This document shows positions 1-12,300 of a stretch of 64,000 nucleotides of DNA, piece after piece (position 1 is the first letter of the stretch; each line of letters opens with the position of its first letter). A model generated the notes under the pieces. That model saw nothing but the letters and a program-made list of their open reading frames with translations, had not been told where the DNA came from and searched no databases. The stretch spans positions 211,498 to 275,497 of the forward strand of contig NW_013657670.1 of assembly GCF_000142905.1 (NCBI RefSeq), written 5' to 3'. A program made the translations under genes and the position numbers. This stretch comes from Thecamonas trahens ATCC 50062. Taxonomy: Eukaryota > Protista > Apusomonadida.

Positions 1-148
1 CAGCTCGGCCGTGGATCATATGTCCATCACTCCGGCTAATGTCCGCGGCCTTTGCTTCGACCGGGACACCAAGACCATGCGACTCACCGGAGCATGGAGG
101 CAGGGCCAAGGCGAGTATGGCGAGAACTACCACGCCTGCAACCATCAT
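1..148 (-). CDS. 5' end of a putative secreted protein running off the window start
   Basis: Minus-strand ATG at 148 gives MMVAGVVVLAILALALPPCSG|ESH..., which looks like a signal peptide. The frame is open to base 1. A GTGAGT after the signal region could be an intron donor. Confidence 0.35.
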   Translation of the reverse strand, partial: MMVAGVVVLAILALALPPCSGESHGLGVPVEAKAADISRSDGHMIHGRA

Positions 149-1592
149 CCGACCTTCTGTCGAACGCAGAGTGACAGGGGGTAGAGAGAGGAGTGTACGA
201 ATGTGTCGACGTGGTCGCCTCTGACCCACCCATGCGGGGGAATGCGGGGGCGGGGGGCCATGCACGTGTGGCTGCGACATTTTTGGCGAGTATTGTCGCG
301 TCAGGGGCAAGGCACGAGGTCGGGGTGTTAGACAGGTAGACAGATGGTAGTGTGTGAGGGAAAGATGGTGTGCGTGACGGATAAGCTCATTCTCCGGGTA
401 GAGGGAGGCAAAGGGAAGTGCAATGAGTGTGTGCGGGGAAGGGGGGGAGAGGGAGGGGAGGGGGGAGGGAGGGATGAAGCGAGAGATCACTGTTCGGGAG
501 GACGAGTTGGGCACCACGACCACATACATCCCCCCACACACACACAGACTCCTCCCTCCGGAATTACCCCTCCCGCTCGCAGGCTCGCGGTCGGGAGTCC
601 CGGTGACAAACAGGGCTGTGGTGTGGATGACATAGTGCACACCCCGGGAGACCCCCTACATGAGGTGTCCTTGGACAGTGCGGGAGTCGTGGACAATGTA
701 ATTTTTGGGGTCGCGCGACCTTCGGCTTCATCCGCGCTCAGGGCACCGGGTGAAGGGTAGCAACCAGTCACGGGCTCTGCCCGTGGCCGGGGGTGCACCC
801 GGGGTCTTGAGCAGGCCGAGGAGCTTGACCACCAGGAAGGGGGGCCAGGGGAGGAGCCGGGCCCCTGGGCGCCAGGACGTAGTCCGTCTGGCGCCCTTGC
901 ACATCCTTCCTCGTGGTCAGAAATGACCCGCCAAACGTCATGCGACCGGAGTCCGCAAGGGGGTGCGGTCTCATTCGAAGGGGGTTGACCGGCGGTAGGT
1001 GCACCTACCGTTTGTCGCCCCCGATGGTTGCGGTCAGGGATCCGTCCCTAAACGGCGCTGCGAGGTGTGGACGGATCAGCGGGGCGAGGGCGCATGCGCC
1101 CTGCTCACGCTGATCCTCCTAACCCCCCGTGGGATGTGTGTCCATCCCGCCGTCGGTCCGCCGACGGCAACCAGTGTCGTCACATGTTGTCGGCATTATC
1201 ATCCATATTGCCAACCTCTCCCTGGTGGACCGCCGGATGCTCGGTGGTCCTGAGCTGCAACCAGGACAGAGGTCGGCCTCTTGGAGGGTGGGATCTGAAG
1301 GAATATCGGCCGTCGGCGCCCCAGTGAGGGATTCCAAGTGACTAGAGTATCCTGCAGTCGATGTTGAGCACCCAACAAGTTGTACGCTGCACCACTTACG
1401 GATGTCCTATGTGGCGGCCGTCTTCTCGCCGTAGTGAGATCAGTGGTTCGCGGTACTTAGGGCCGGCGTACAATCCCACGGCAGGTGGCACCCTGCAGTT
1501 CCTGTAGGTGCTTCTCTGCTTAACTCCATGCAACAACTCTCCAGCACGTGATCTGGAACACAGGAGCTCTCAACAGCGCTGCTGTGTCTCGT

Positions 1593-1628
1593 CCATTGTC
1601 AACGCCATCTTCAACGCCATCTCCAACG
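1593..1628 (+). repeat. 12-bp tandem repeat (ccatYYYcaacg-like, 3 copies) running into the assembly gap
   Basis: ccattgtcaacg ccatcttcaacg ccatctccaacg, followed directly by Ns. Confidence 0.7.
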
Positions 1629-2262
1629 NNNNNNNNNNNNNNNNNNNNNNNNNNNNNNNNNNNNNNNNNNNNNNNNNNNNNNNNNNNNNNNNNNNNNNNN
1701 NNNNNNNNNNNNNNNNNNNNNNNNNNNNNNNNNNNNNNNNNNNNNNNNNNNNNNNNNNNNNNNNNNNNNNNNNNNNNNNNNNNNNNNNNNNNNNNNNNNN
1801 NNNNNNNNNNNNNNNNNNNNNNNNNNNNNNNNNNNNNNNNNNNNNNNNNNNNNNNNNNNNNNNNNNNNNNNNNNNNNNNNNNNNNNNNNNNNNNNNNNNN
1901 NNNNNNNNNNNNNNNNNNNNNNNNNNNNNNNNNNNNNNNNNNNNNNNNNNNNNNNNNNNNNNNNNNNNNNNNNNNNNNNNNNNNNNNNNNNNNNNNNNNN
2001 NNNNNNNNNNNNNNNNNNNNNNNNNNNNNNNNNNNNNNNNNNNNNNNNNNNNNNNNNNNNNNNNNNNNNNNNNNNNNNNNNNNNNNNNNNNNNNNNNNNN
2101 NNNNNNNNNNNNNNNNNNNNNNNNNNNNNNNNNNNNNNNNNNNNNNNNNNNNNNNNNNNNNNNNNNNNNNNNNNNNNNNNNNNNNNNNNNNNNNNNNNNN
2201 NNNNNNNNNNNNNNNNNNNNNNNNNNNNNNNNNNNNNNNNNNNNNNNNNNNNNNNNNNNNNN
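1629..2262. other. Assembly gap (N run)
   Basis: Directly visible. Confidence 1.
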
Positions 2263-2330
2263 AAGGACGACCGCCACCACCACCACGCGACTCACCCCCA
2301 CCCCCCCACCCCACACACACACCACACACT

Positions 2331-4628
2331 ATGTCCTCCGCCTCCCCACCCTCCACCTCCCTCACCCCGCTGTGCAATCAACTCCTCGCCACCCTCGAGG
2401 CGGCCACCTCGTCCTCGTCCCTAACCGTCTCGCCGCCTCCCACTTCCTCGCCCGAGTCAAAGCCCAAGCCTGAGCCTGAGCCCAAGCCTGAGTCCAAGCA
2501 TGAGCCTGAGCCCAAGCATGAGCCTGAGCATGAATTGAGCTTGTCGGTTGTCCATCCATCGTCACACACTCGTGCCATGTCGCTTGTCTCGCGCTTGCTG
2601 GCTGCTGCTGGTCGCGGTGCCGGATCGAGTCTGACGCCCCCGTTGCTCGCTGCTCTCGATGTTGCTGATGCCGCTACGGGCGTCCTTGCTGCATTGGCTG
2701 CCTCGCCGCGGCACTCCAGGCCTGACACTCCTAATGGGTCACTTGACACTGCCATGACTGTCTTTCGTGCCGCAAGCGCTAGGCTTGTGGCCGCAGTTAA
2801 TGCCGACGCCGCCACTATGCCTGATGAGGCGCTGTCGCTGAGGGCAGGCCTTCAGGCGCTGCAGGCGCTGACCGAGGACGCGCTGGCGTTGCTGGCGCAC
2901 AGCCTACCATCGTGCCCGCAGTCGGTCCGAGCCGGCTTGGAGGACATTGCTACCGAGCTGGCGAGCGGCGCCTCGCGCGTACTGGCTCTCTGCCGCCAGT
3001 CAGCAGGTGGCGCGTCGCCTGCGGCCATGCACTCGGTCGCTGTGGAGGCGCAAGTCAACGATGTCATCGATGTCTTTGTCCGCATTGCCCACGCGCTTAA
3101 GGCATTTGTTGACCAGCCGGAGCTCTCTTCCACCCGCGCTGCAGTCCTTGGCGCTGCCAACGCGCTCCACGCCGCGGTTGACGCCTGCGAGCTCCTCAAT
3201 CCGGCTCCTATCGCGCCGCTTCTTGTCCTGCACCCTTCGCGCCCGGCGTCGCGCGCTGCTGCCGCCGCCTGCGCCCCGCTCCATGCCCGTCCTGCAAGCG
3301 TCCTCATCGACGCGCTCGACGAGCTGGCGGCAGCAGTCAAGGCGTCGGGCGAGTGGCAGGCCGTCAACATGGCGGCATCACACTTTCTCGCTACCTACGC
3401 CGCACTCTCGACCGCGCACGTGGCGCAATCCCACGATCTGGTCTCGCCGGCCGTCAACGACGCGGTTGTGGCTGTTGCTGGCGCCGCCACCAAAATCGCT
3501 ACTACCCGCGACTGCGAGTCGTCCGACGCCATTGTCGCCTTTCACTCTGCTTCTGCCCGCGTTCGCGGCCTCCTCCTCCCGCTGCCTGCACCGCAACCAA
3601 CTCCAGTCGTCGTCGCGCAGCCTGGCGTCGATGCTTTTGCCACGCCGCCTCCGCCTCCGTCCTCGCCTCCGTCCTCGCCTCCGTCCTCGCCTCCGTCCTC
3701 ACGCCCGGCCTCGCCTCCGCCGGACGTCGCGCTCTCGCTCCCGCCGCGCCCGCTGACCCGGACCGCAGGCTGCCTCCCGCTCGCCCTCGAGATCGAAGAC
3801 CAGTTGGGCAACCTGCACCAGGTCTCTCATCCCGAGCGGCGGAAAGAGACGCTCGCCCAAGCACTCCGCCTCCAGTATAGCGTGCTCGAGCTGGTGGCGC
3901 AAGTCGGAGCCGCCCACCACGTTGCACCTAGGTCGGTCATGGCACCAACACCGCAGCCGAGCTTGCAAGCCCACACCGCACGGACTGAACTCTACACTGC
4001 CGCCCTCGTCGCCGCCGACGCGGTCAAGAACGCCATCGCTGCCTGTGTCTCGGGCTCAGTCCACTTTCCGCGCTCGCGCAAGCTCGCCAACGCTGCGCTC
4101 GAGGAGCTCAAGGGCGCCATGGCCCAACCGGTGGCGGTCGAGCCCGAGCCGGTTCACCCAAGCGCTCTCGACCGTCTCGCAGTCTCGCCGTCGCTCGAGG
4201 CGTGCCAGATCACCTCGCGCGGCTCCAAAGCCGCCGATGCCCGCCAGCTCGCCACCACATGCAAGAACATGGTGGCTGCGCTCGCCGCCGGCGAAACGGA
4301 CGAGCTCTTCTCGGCGCTCACCCGCGACGTCAACGCCGCCATCTCGCAGCTTCTCTCGTCGATGAGCAATCCACTGGGCCTCAGCTCGGCGCCAGGGCCG
4401 CGCGTCCACGGCGTCAAGCGCGAGCGCAGGCTCTCCGCACTCTCCTCGGACGACATCCCAGGCTCGTTTCTAGTCATGGACGCCACCGACGCCGCTGGCC
4501 GCCTCGTCTCGCACGCCGAGGCCGCGCATCGCGCCGGCGTCGGCACCACCCCCGACGGCGACGCCCTCTTGGGGCCGGTTCTCGACGCCATCAGCGCTGT
4601 CGAGTCCCACTTCAACAGGCTACAATAG
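2331..4628 (+). CDS. Ala-rich helical-bundle protein, possibly talin-rod/vinculin-like, with KPEPE and PPSS repeats
   Basis: Long ORF with GC3-biased codons. ATG at 2331 follows a CA-rich leader. Amphipathic helices such as ELYTAALVAADAVKNAIAA and RQLATTCKNMVAALAA. The family call is weak. Confidence 0.55.
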   Translation: MSSASPPSTSLTPLCNQLLATLEAATSSSSLTVSPPPTSSPESKPKPEPEPKPESKHEPEPKHEPEHELSLSVVHPSSHTRAMSLVSRLLAAAGRGAGSSLTPPLLAALDVADAATGVLAALAASPRHSRPDTPNGSLDTAMTVFRAASARLVAAVNADAATMPDEALSLRAGLQALQALTEDALALLAHSLPSCPQSVRAGLEDIATELASGASRVLALCRQSAGGASPAAMHSVAVEAQVNDVIDVFVRIAHALKAFVDQPELSSTRAAVLGAANALHAAVDACELLNPAPIAPLLVLHPSRPASRAAAAACAPLHARPASVLIDALDELAAAVKASGEWQAVNMAASHFLATYAALSTAHVAQSHDLVSPAVNDAVVAVAGAATKIATTRDCESSDAIVAFHSASARVRGLLLPLPAPQPTPVVVAQPGVDAFATPPPPPSSPPSSPPSSPPSSRPASPPPDVALSLPPRPLTRTAGCLPLALEIEDQLGNLHQVSHPERRKETLAQALRLQYSVLELVAQVGAAHHVAPRSVMAPTPQPSLQAHTARTELYTAALVAADAVKNAIAACVSGSVHFPRSRKLANAALEELKGAMAQPVAVEPEPVHPSALDRLAVSPSLEACQITSRGSKAADARQLATTCKNMVAALAAGETDELFSALTRDVNAAISQLLSSMSNPLGLSSAPGPRVHGVKRERRLSALSSDDIPGSFLVMDATDAAGRLVSHAEAAHRAGVGTTPDGDALLGPVLDAISAVESHFNRLQ

Positions 4629-4699
4629 CAATAGGCAATACCATCATCTGCTGCACAATGTTCGTCTTTGATGGGAGAGGGAAAACAGTGTGGGAGTGC

Positions 4700-6197
4700 T
4701 TACTCCTCGAGCTTGCCGTACTTGAGGTTGACGTAGGCAGCCTTGAGCTCGTCGAAACCGACAAGGACAAGAGCACCGGCGAGGCCACGGAGGACGTTCG
4801 AGCCGGCACCCTTGAAGAGGGCGGCGACACCCTCCTCCTTGAGGATCATGTTGAAGGCGCCGATCGACGACTTGTACTTGTTGGCGTTCTCGCCACCCGA
4901 AACCATCATCATGCGGCGACGGATGGTGTCGATCGGGTACGCGGCGATACCGGCGACGGTGGTCACGGCGTAGCCGAGGCCGAACTTGGCGAGGAAGCCG
5001 AGGTCCTTCATCATCGGGGCGACAGTGTCGAAGATGCCGAAGTAGGCACCGCGGTAGATGATGATACCGACGCACGAGATGACAAAGCCGTTGTAGACGC
5101 CACCCTTGAACCAGCCAGACTTGGCCGCGGTCTTGCGGATGCAGTCAATGGTACCGGTGAACTCGCGCTTGCCGCCAGTGCCGACATCGACAGCAAGCCG
5201 CGTCCGGGCAAAGTCGAGCGGGTAGACAACGAGGAGCGAGGTGGCACCAGCGGCACCGCCAGACGCGACGTTCGAGTAGAGGCGCATGCCGAACGAGGCA
5301 TCCTTCTCCACCTTGAAGATCTGCTTGTAGCGCTCCTTGAACATGAAGTTGAGGGCCTGGGTCGGGAAGTACCGCATGACGTTGGCCATGTTGCCACGCC
5401 AGAAGGCGGCGACACCCTGCTCCTTGGGCACACGCACGAGGCAATCCATGATGCCCTTGTACTCACCCTGGGCCTTGGCAGCTGTCATTCCACCATACCG
5501 TCGCCATTGGGGTGAGTCATTCGTCCGCCTGCCCAGCCCTGCCATTCCCTCGCGAAAAACGGCCGCAGCATCCCTCCAAACGGGGGAAAGGTCCACGACT
5601 GCCCACGGGCAAGCTGCACGCAGCCTGGCAGACACGCTCTCACGCGCTGCAACACGCACCACCACCTTCCATGCAGTGCCCCTACCGCACTACATCCCTG
5701 CGGCAGGGAGTAGCAGTGCACCAAGGCGGCGGCTGGGGTGGAGGGGGGGGGGGGAGGGGGCGGTCCCAAGCGGCAGTGGAGGCAAAAAATAATCTCTCTC
5801 CCTCCATCCACAAACGCGTCAAGCGGGACAGGCCAGGGGGGGGGGGGTCTGTGGACAAGGGTGCCCAGGCGGGTGTATGACCAAGCGGGAGGAGAGAGGG
5901 AAGGGGGAAAGGGGGGGAGCGGGAGGGGAGGGGGGAACTGGCTGTGGACGTACCCGCGGACTCGCCCTGGTTCTGGAGGAGGAGCTTGATGCGCTCGATG
6001 GGGGCGGCGATGGTCTTGGAGATGGCAGCAGCGGTACCACCGAGGAGGAAGTCCTCGGCACCGTTCAGCTTGCGCGACTGCTTCTTCTTCTCAGCGCCGG
6101 CAGCAGCGACAACCTGGAACGAGGCCTTGGCCGACGGCATGGCCGTGGTCGCGAACGACGACGGCATGGCCGTGTACGACGAGATCGACGAGAACAT
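4700..6197 (-). CDS. AAC/ANT: Mitochondrial ADP/ATP carrier; exons 6197-5954 and 5481-4700
   Basis: [48 protein letters not shown] and the AAC signature RRRMMM. A phase-1 GTACGT...GACAG intron joins two ORFs in frame. Confidence 0.96.
5482..5953 (-). other. Spliceosomal intron of AAC (472 nt)
   Basis: Donor GTACGT, ACTCAC at 5517-5512, acceptor TGACAG. Restores [15 protein letters not shown]. Confidence 0.9.
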
Positions 6198-6350
6198 TGT
6201 TCAATAAACTCGAGAGGGGTGCCAAATCGCCGAATGCTGAACTCGTTCTCGCTCGCCCGACCGGCCGACTCCGGCCGACCGACTGCCCAACTCGCGCGAG
6301 TCGGGTCGACTCAAAGTCTCCATTTCCCGCCCCTATTTTTTGGCTTTCTG

Positions 6351-9300
6351 TCACAGATCGCTAGCAAGGATTGCCACGCCGGCCTGGTAGTACTCGGCGC
6401 TTGGCGTATCCACTGGCTTGGCCAGCTGAAGCTCAAGGAGGAGCTGCCGCCGCGACGCGTCAAGGTAGAGCGGGGCGATGATGACAGCCGCTGCCGCCGG
6501 GGCCTCCACCGACTCGCGGTGCTTCCAGCTGAAGATCATGGTCGGGAGCGCGTTGCGCGGCGAGGACGAGAGCTCCAGGCCCGAAGTCGCAACCGGCCAA
6601 TGCGCGTTGTCTGCTGCAAGGTCTAGCATGGCAAACGACTGGTCGTCAAGCCGCGCCGCCGATCCGGGCGCCACCGCAAGCACGAGCTCCTCCAGCGGCC
6701 ATCCGCGTGACTGCGCCGCGTACTGCCGCGACGCCGTGATGTACGCCTCGGGTGAAAAGAGCCGGCCAAGCCTGAGCCCCGTCTTGCCGCACTCGGCAGC
6801 CGGATCGTGCGCTACACGCCCGAGCTCGCTCAGTCGTTCGCCCAAGTTGGCCACAAACGCCGCCACAGACGTGTCTGGAGGAATCGGGTACGCCCGCCAC
6901 GAGCCCGGCACCACCCCTGTTGACAGGTCGTCCACCAGACCGCGGAGGTAGTTGGTCACCTTGACCTCGCCCACGCAGTAGCGTGCCACAGACTGCAGGT
7001 CACCCATGACTGTCGCCTTCAGCTCCAGCGCACGCGAGACCTCACGCTCCAGGCACCGGTACAGCGGGTTGAGCATCGCCTCCTGATCCAACGCCATCGG
7101 CTTGAGCGGCGGCGTTACGTCCGCCAAGCCTGTCCGCCACCGCTCAGCCGCGCTGCCAAGCTCGCGCATCCACGCTGGAGCACCAGCGCTTCCGCTATCG
7201 TCCTCAGCAGCTGTTAGCACAAGGTCGTCGTCCGCGACTGCCACCAGCTTGCGCGCCGCCGCCACCAACGCCTCGCCCTTGGCAGCAAGTACCACATTCT
7301 CGGCGTTGGCCGGCAGCCCCAGCCAGGCAGGTGTCTGCGAGTCAGGAAGCTCGCGGACAAACGCCGTGAAGTGCGCCTTGACACTGGCATTCGCCGGAAA
7401 CGCGAGCCCGGCCTCGAGCCCGGGCGAGCCCGGCGTGATGAGCCACCCGCCACCCAGAAGCTGCGGCGTGAGCAGCGTCTCCACAAACGCGCCCAGCAGC
7501 CGCCCGTCAAACTCGTTGTCGATCCGTCCGCCGTACACACACACCGCCAGCAGCGTCGAGAGCGCCGCCCAAGGAATCTCGCCCTCGCCGCGCTCGCCCA
7601 CCCAGTAGTCGACAGATGCCAGCGCAGACCGCATGTCGGCGTCGTTGAACTCGTACGACTGTGCAAAGCCAAGCGGGAGGTAGGCCAGCCGCTCCTGAAG
7701 GAGCGCGTGAAGCCATGCTACCAGAAAGTACAGCTTGGCCCGCGAAGGACTCGCCCCATCAAACCGCTCCACGTCGATCGACGCCAACGACCGCGTCAAA
7801 TTAGCCTTGATTCCGGGCGGTGGCTCAAAGACAAAGACCCGTGAGATCCGCAACAAGTTGGCCGGCAAATTATCCGACACCTCGCCGGTCATAAAGACAC
7901 GGAACGAGGCCTTGGCCTCCAGCGCATGAATCTTTTTCTCCAGCTGAACAAGCCAGTTGGGCGCAAGGTGCACGTTCTTAAGCAGGACCCATGTGCCCGA
8001 ACGTGCCGCTGCTGCCACGGCAGCCTCGGCTGCCGCAAAGCCCTCCGGTGACCCAATCGCAATCGACGCGCACGAGACGCCAGCAGCCGCCACAAGATCA
8101 TCCACCTTGCCCGACGCGTCGTGTCCGGGCCGCGAGACAAGAAGCAGCGGATTCGCCGGCCCCACCTGGCTCTCCACCACCTGACCGAGCTCAAGCGCAC
8201 CGGGCTCGAGAAAGGCCGCGCCAAACACCGCAGCCACAAACAGCCGCAGCGCCGCGAGCAGGCGGTCCGGTCGCGCCACCTTGATCGCCACAAGATGCAG
8301 AAACGCTGCCCGCGCACCGCCTAGTCCACTCCCGCTCGCGGTAAGCATCGAGCTCGGCAGCTGCCGCTCGGCAGGCACAGACAGGTCAGTCAGCGCCCCA
8401 CTTGACAGCAGCGCCGGCAGCGTCGGTGCATACCACTCGAGCGATGCAAGATCCGCTAGACTCGTCGCAGGACTCTCAAACGCCGCAAGCGCGTCCGCAG
8501 GCAGCGGCGTACCCGCGGCGTTGAGCCGGAGCTTGGCGAACTCAAACGCGAGGACCAACTTGTGGTCATTGAGCAAGCCGGCCTCAACCCGGCTGTACAG
8601 CGTGTCAAACAGAGCACCCAGTCGTGCGTCCAGCCGTGCCGTAGCCTCGCTCGCATCCAGCGGAACAGCAAGAACGTAGTCAAACGCGGTGAGGAAGAAC
8701 GCGAGCGAGTACTGGTACAGCGGCGCAAGGGCTGCCAACCGCTGCAAGCAGAAGAAAATGGCTGCAGACGCCGACGCCATCGGCGAGTACGTCTCTTCCA
8801 CAGCCGCAACCTCGGCCATGACCACGTCCGCGTCCGCTGCCTTGGACGCAATGTCCGCCGCATCGGCCTTGAGCGACTCGAGTGAGGTCACCACCGCGTC
8901 GTTGTCCAGAAGCGAGCCCTCGGCCGACGACAGAGTCTTCAGCAGTTGCGCCTCCATCGCCCGCAGCTTGACTCGGAACTCGCCTTGGACCTTGAGCAGC
9001 TCGGCACGCTTGGCGTCGATGTCTGGCCGCTCAGACTTGAGAAGCCGCGAGAGGCACTGCGACGAGAGTGACGCCGGCGTCACCGTAAAGTTGACAAACG
9101 TGACCCGCGAACAGAGGTCGGGCGCAAAGTTGAACGAAGGGTCGCGCGTCGCAAGGAAGAGCGAAAACGCCGGAGAGTAGTCAATGTCCTGGTCGCCAAG
9201 CTGGATAAGCACACGCCCGCCGACCCGACGCAGCTCGCGGTTGAGCACGGGATTGATGACCGGATCGTACGCCTCCACATCCTGCAGCAGCAGCGGCGTT

Positions 9301-12300
9301 CCAAACCGCAGCGCTGCCTCGAGGTGCTTGAGAAAGTTGGGATCGAGGAACGACGACTTGACCATCCGCGACGACGCGTTTGCCGCGCACACAAACTCAA
9401 TGCCCTGTCCAGCAGGATCGATAATGAGTGGGTACCGGTTGTACTTGTTGAGCATGATCGCGTTGAGCGTGCAGAGCGAGTCGACAGGTAGGCCGAGCTC
9501 TTGCCAGGCCAGCTCCTCCGCCGGCGTCGCCAGCAGCGCGTTGAGGTCGAGGCTGGCGTCAAACGGAATCCGTGCACTCTGCAGCGCCGACGACCACGCC
9601 GTCACCAGTGCCGCCCGGAACGAGGCGTCAAACACTCCGCCATACGCCAGCATCGACGCTGCCAGCAGAATGTCGCCCGTCACAGATGCCAGCTGTGCGT
9701 CAAACGCCGCTGCCTCCTCAGACCACCGCACCTTTTCGGTCGAGAGCGAGGCCAGCAGTCGCGTCGATCGCTCCACCTTGGTCGCTGTCTCCTCCAACTG
9801 TGCCGCAATCATCTGCGTCTCGGCAATGAGCGCCGAGTACTCGTCCTTGTACTGCGCAATCGACGCTTCCAGCGTCGAAATTGTCGCATCCAGCGTAGCC
9901 TGCTTGGCAAGCATCGCCTCGGCCTCGGCCTCGTACTTGGCCAGCTCCGCCCGAAGCGGCTCCACGCGGTGCAGAATATCCGAGTACTGCACAATGGCCC
10001 GGAACCACTTGCACAGCGGGCCGCACGCTTGCGACGCCTTGTTGATAACCTCCGGCACAAACTCGGGGTCCTCCAGGTACTTGCCCATCAGCTTGGCCCG
10101 CAGCGGCGGCGCAATCGTCTCGGCGTCAAACGAGATGATGTCCGGGATAAACGTCCGCCCGGCCATCAGCTTCTTGATCGCCTTCCACGACAGGTCCGTC
10201 GCGCCGAGGAGCGACGCCACGGCCTCCATTGTCTTCTTGATCTTTGATGGCGGGTTGGCCAGCGCGCGGACTTCGTCGAGATGCCGCTTCTTGATGCCCT
10301 TCACCGCGGCCTCGGCCGACCGCACCATCGGCTCTGCTGCGTTCAGGTCCGCGAGCGCCACCTTGCGCTGTGCTTCCACCTCGACAAGCTTCTCAGCAAC
10401 CTGCGCCGCAATTATCTCCGAGTCGGCCTTCTTCAGCTCCGCCTCCTGTTGGTCTACCACCATCTGCTTCAGCTTGGCCTCGGCAAGCTCATTCTTCTCC
10501 GCGAGCGTCAACTTGGTTGTCGCCAGCGTCGACTGCAACTCACGGATCGAAGACTCGGTCTGGATAAGCTTGTCAAGCCCGTTGGTGAGGTGCTCCTGCT
10601 GCTCGGTGAGGCTCGAGTGCCGCTCGCTGTGCAGGGCGGTGTAGTGCTGGATAGCGTCCAGAAAGTGCCGCGGCGTGATGTGGGTGTGCGTGGCATGCGG
10701 CGTGGCAGCAAGCGTGTTGGCCGCCACCGTCGCCGTCGCATGGACCGAAACAAGCGTCGAAGCAACAGCTGCCAGCGCGCCCTCACCACCCTCGTCGTCG
10801 TCGACCAGCGTCAGCACGCTCTCCAGCGGCGCAAGGAACTCCTCCGCCACCACCTGCAGCGCAGACCTCGACCAGTCGCCGAACCAGTCGAGAACGCACC
10901 GGTTGAACAGCGCCGGCGAGGTCGACGACCGGTTCTCAAACCCGCCGCCCGCAGGGTTCATCGTAAACACCACATGCAAGTTGTCGATGATCTGGTTGGT
11001 GAACCATTCGTAGGCCTCGTCGTCTGACTCGATGAGGTCACCGGCCGCCAGCGCCGCGTCCTTGGTCTGGGTCATCAGCGCGTTCCAGTCCTCGCCTTCA
11101 AACAGGCCTGGGATCTCGCCGTTGGCCAGCAGCGTGTTCATCCGCTCGAGGAAGCCCGTGTCCTTGATGTTCGACTCGTCAAAGATGAAGCAAATCTTCT
11201 CGCAGTTTGCACCCGCCCGGCTCAGCACCGTTCGCAAGTCCTCGTCAAAGTCGTCGCCCGAGTACGCGTTCGAGCCGCGAATGGTAAAGACAGAGAGACC
11301 GTTCATCCAGGCCACAAACCGTGACAGCACCGTCTTGCCGGCGCCAGACTGCCCGATCAGCAGCAAGTGACCTTGCTTCTGGTGGAAGACGCGATCAATG
11401 CGAAGAATGTGGTCCAGCACCTCGTCAAAGAGCACCAGCCGCACGTCGAGCTCCTCCTCGCAAAAGACCCGGAGCTTGGCATTGACAAACGCCCGAAGTT
11501 CGGCCCGCTCCACACTCTCGTAGTGCTTCGAGAGCCACGACGAGAACAGGATCGGCCGCGCAAGCGACAACGCCAGCGCCTCCTCGTCCATGATGCTGCC
11601 CATGTGCTTGGCCGCCACCGCGTCGAGCGTGGTGTCGGTCCACTGAGCCTCGTCCGGCGAGACGAGCCGGTCCTGGAACAGTCGCAGGCCTTCGTGTGCC
11701 CAGATGCGAAGAGCGTCGCCGAGCGTCGGCGACCTCGGCGCGGCAAGCAGAGCGTCGTGAAGGCCGCGGACCCAGCGCGTGAGCTCGCGCGGTGAGTAGA
11801 TGTAGTGTTGCTGTGCGTCAGGCGTAAACTTGGCCTGTGAGAGCGTGTAGAACTCGACCATACAGTGAGTGAGCGGCTCCCAGTGAGGAGCGAGCGCAGG
11901 GTGTGGCTTGAGCAGCGCCCGCGCAAAGGTGCCATAGATCTGGACCAGCGAGTCGTACGCCGGGTAGTCGCAGAGAACCAGCGGCGCGTGCCGCAGGAAC
12001 CGGTGGGTTAGCGGCGTCCGGCCCGGGTCTGTTGGCGGGTTGCACGCACCCACAAACTGAATCCGCGCCAGCGAAATCCACGCCATGTCCGACGTTCGCC
12101 AATACCCGTTGTGCTCCACAAGCTGACGCAAAAAGGTGATGACCGCCTGCGTCCCATACGCGTCTGGCGTCGGGAGGTTGATCTCGTCGCAAAAGACCAC
12201 AATCCACTTGTCTGGAGCCGTCGGCGCGAGCACAAGCCCTCCTGCGGTCCGCGTCACCGTGCACTTTTGGTGGAGCGTCGAGAGAACGAGCTCAGGTGAG

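Noticed and set aside
1117-1128. CCTAACCCC as a telomerase RNA template or telomeric seed
   Set aside because: It is a single short match, not the roughly 1.5-repeat CTAACCCTAA, and has no supporting structure. No telomerase RNA was identified in the window.
1508-2473. ORFs spanning the N run, including the 1026-aa call starting at 1548
   Set aside because: These are artefacts of translating Ns. The supported start is ATG 2331.
5512-5517. ACTCAC explained as an antisense GTGAGT splice donor
   Set aside because: The two are reverse complements, but the motif keeps a consistent position relative to the sense-strand 3' AG in six genes on both strands, and no antisense genes are evident. A branch-site role is more economical.
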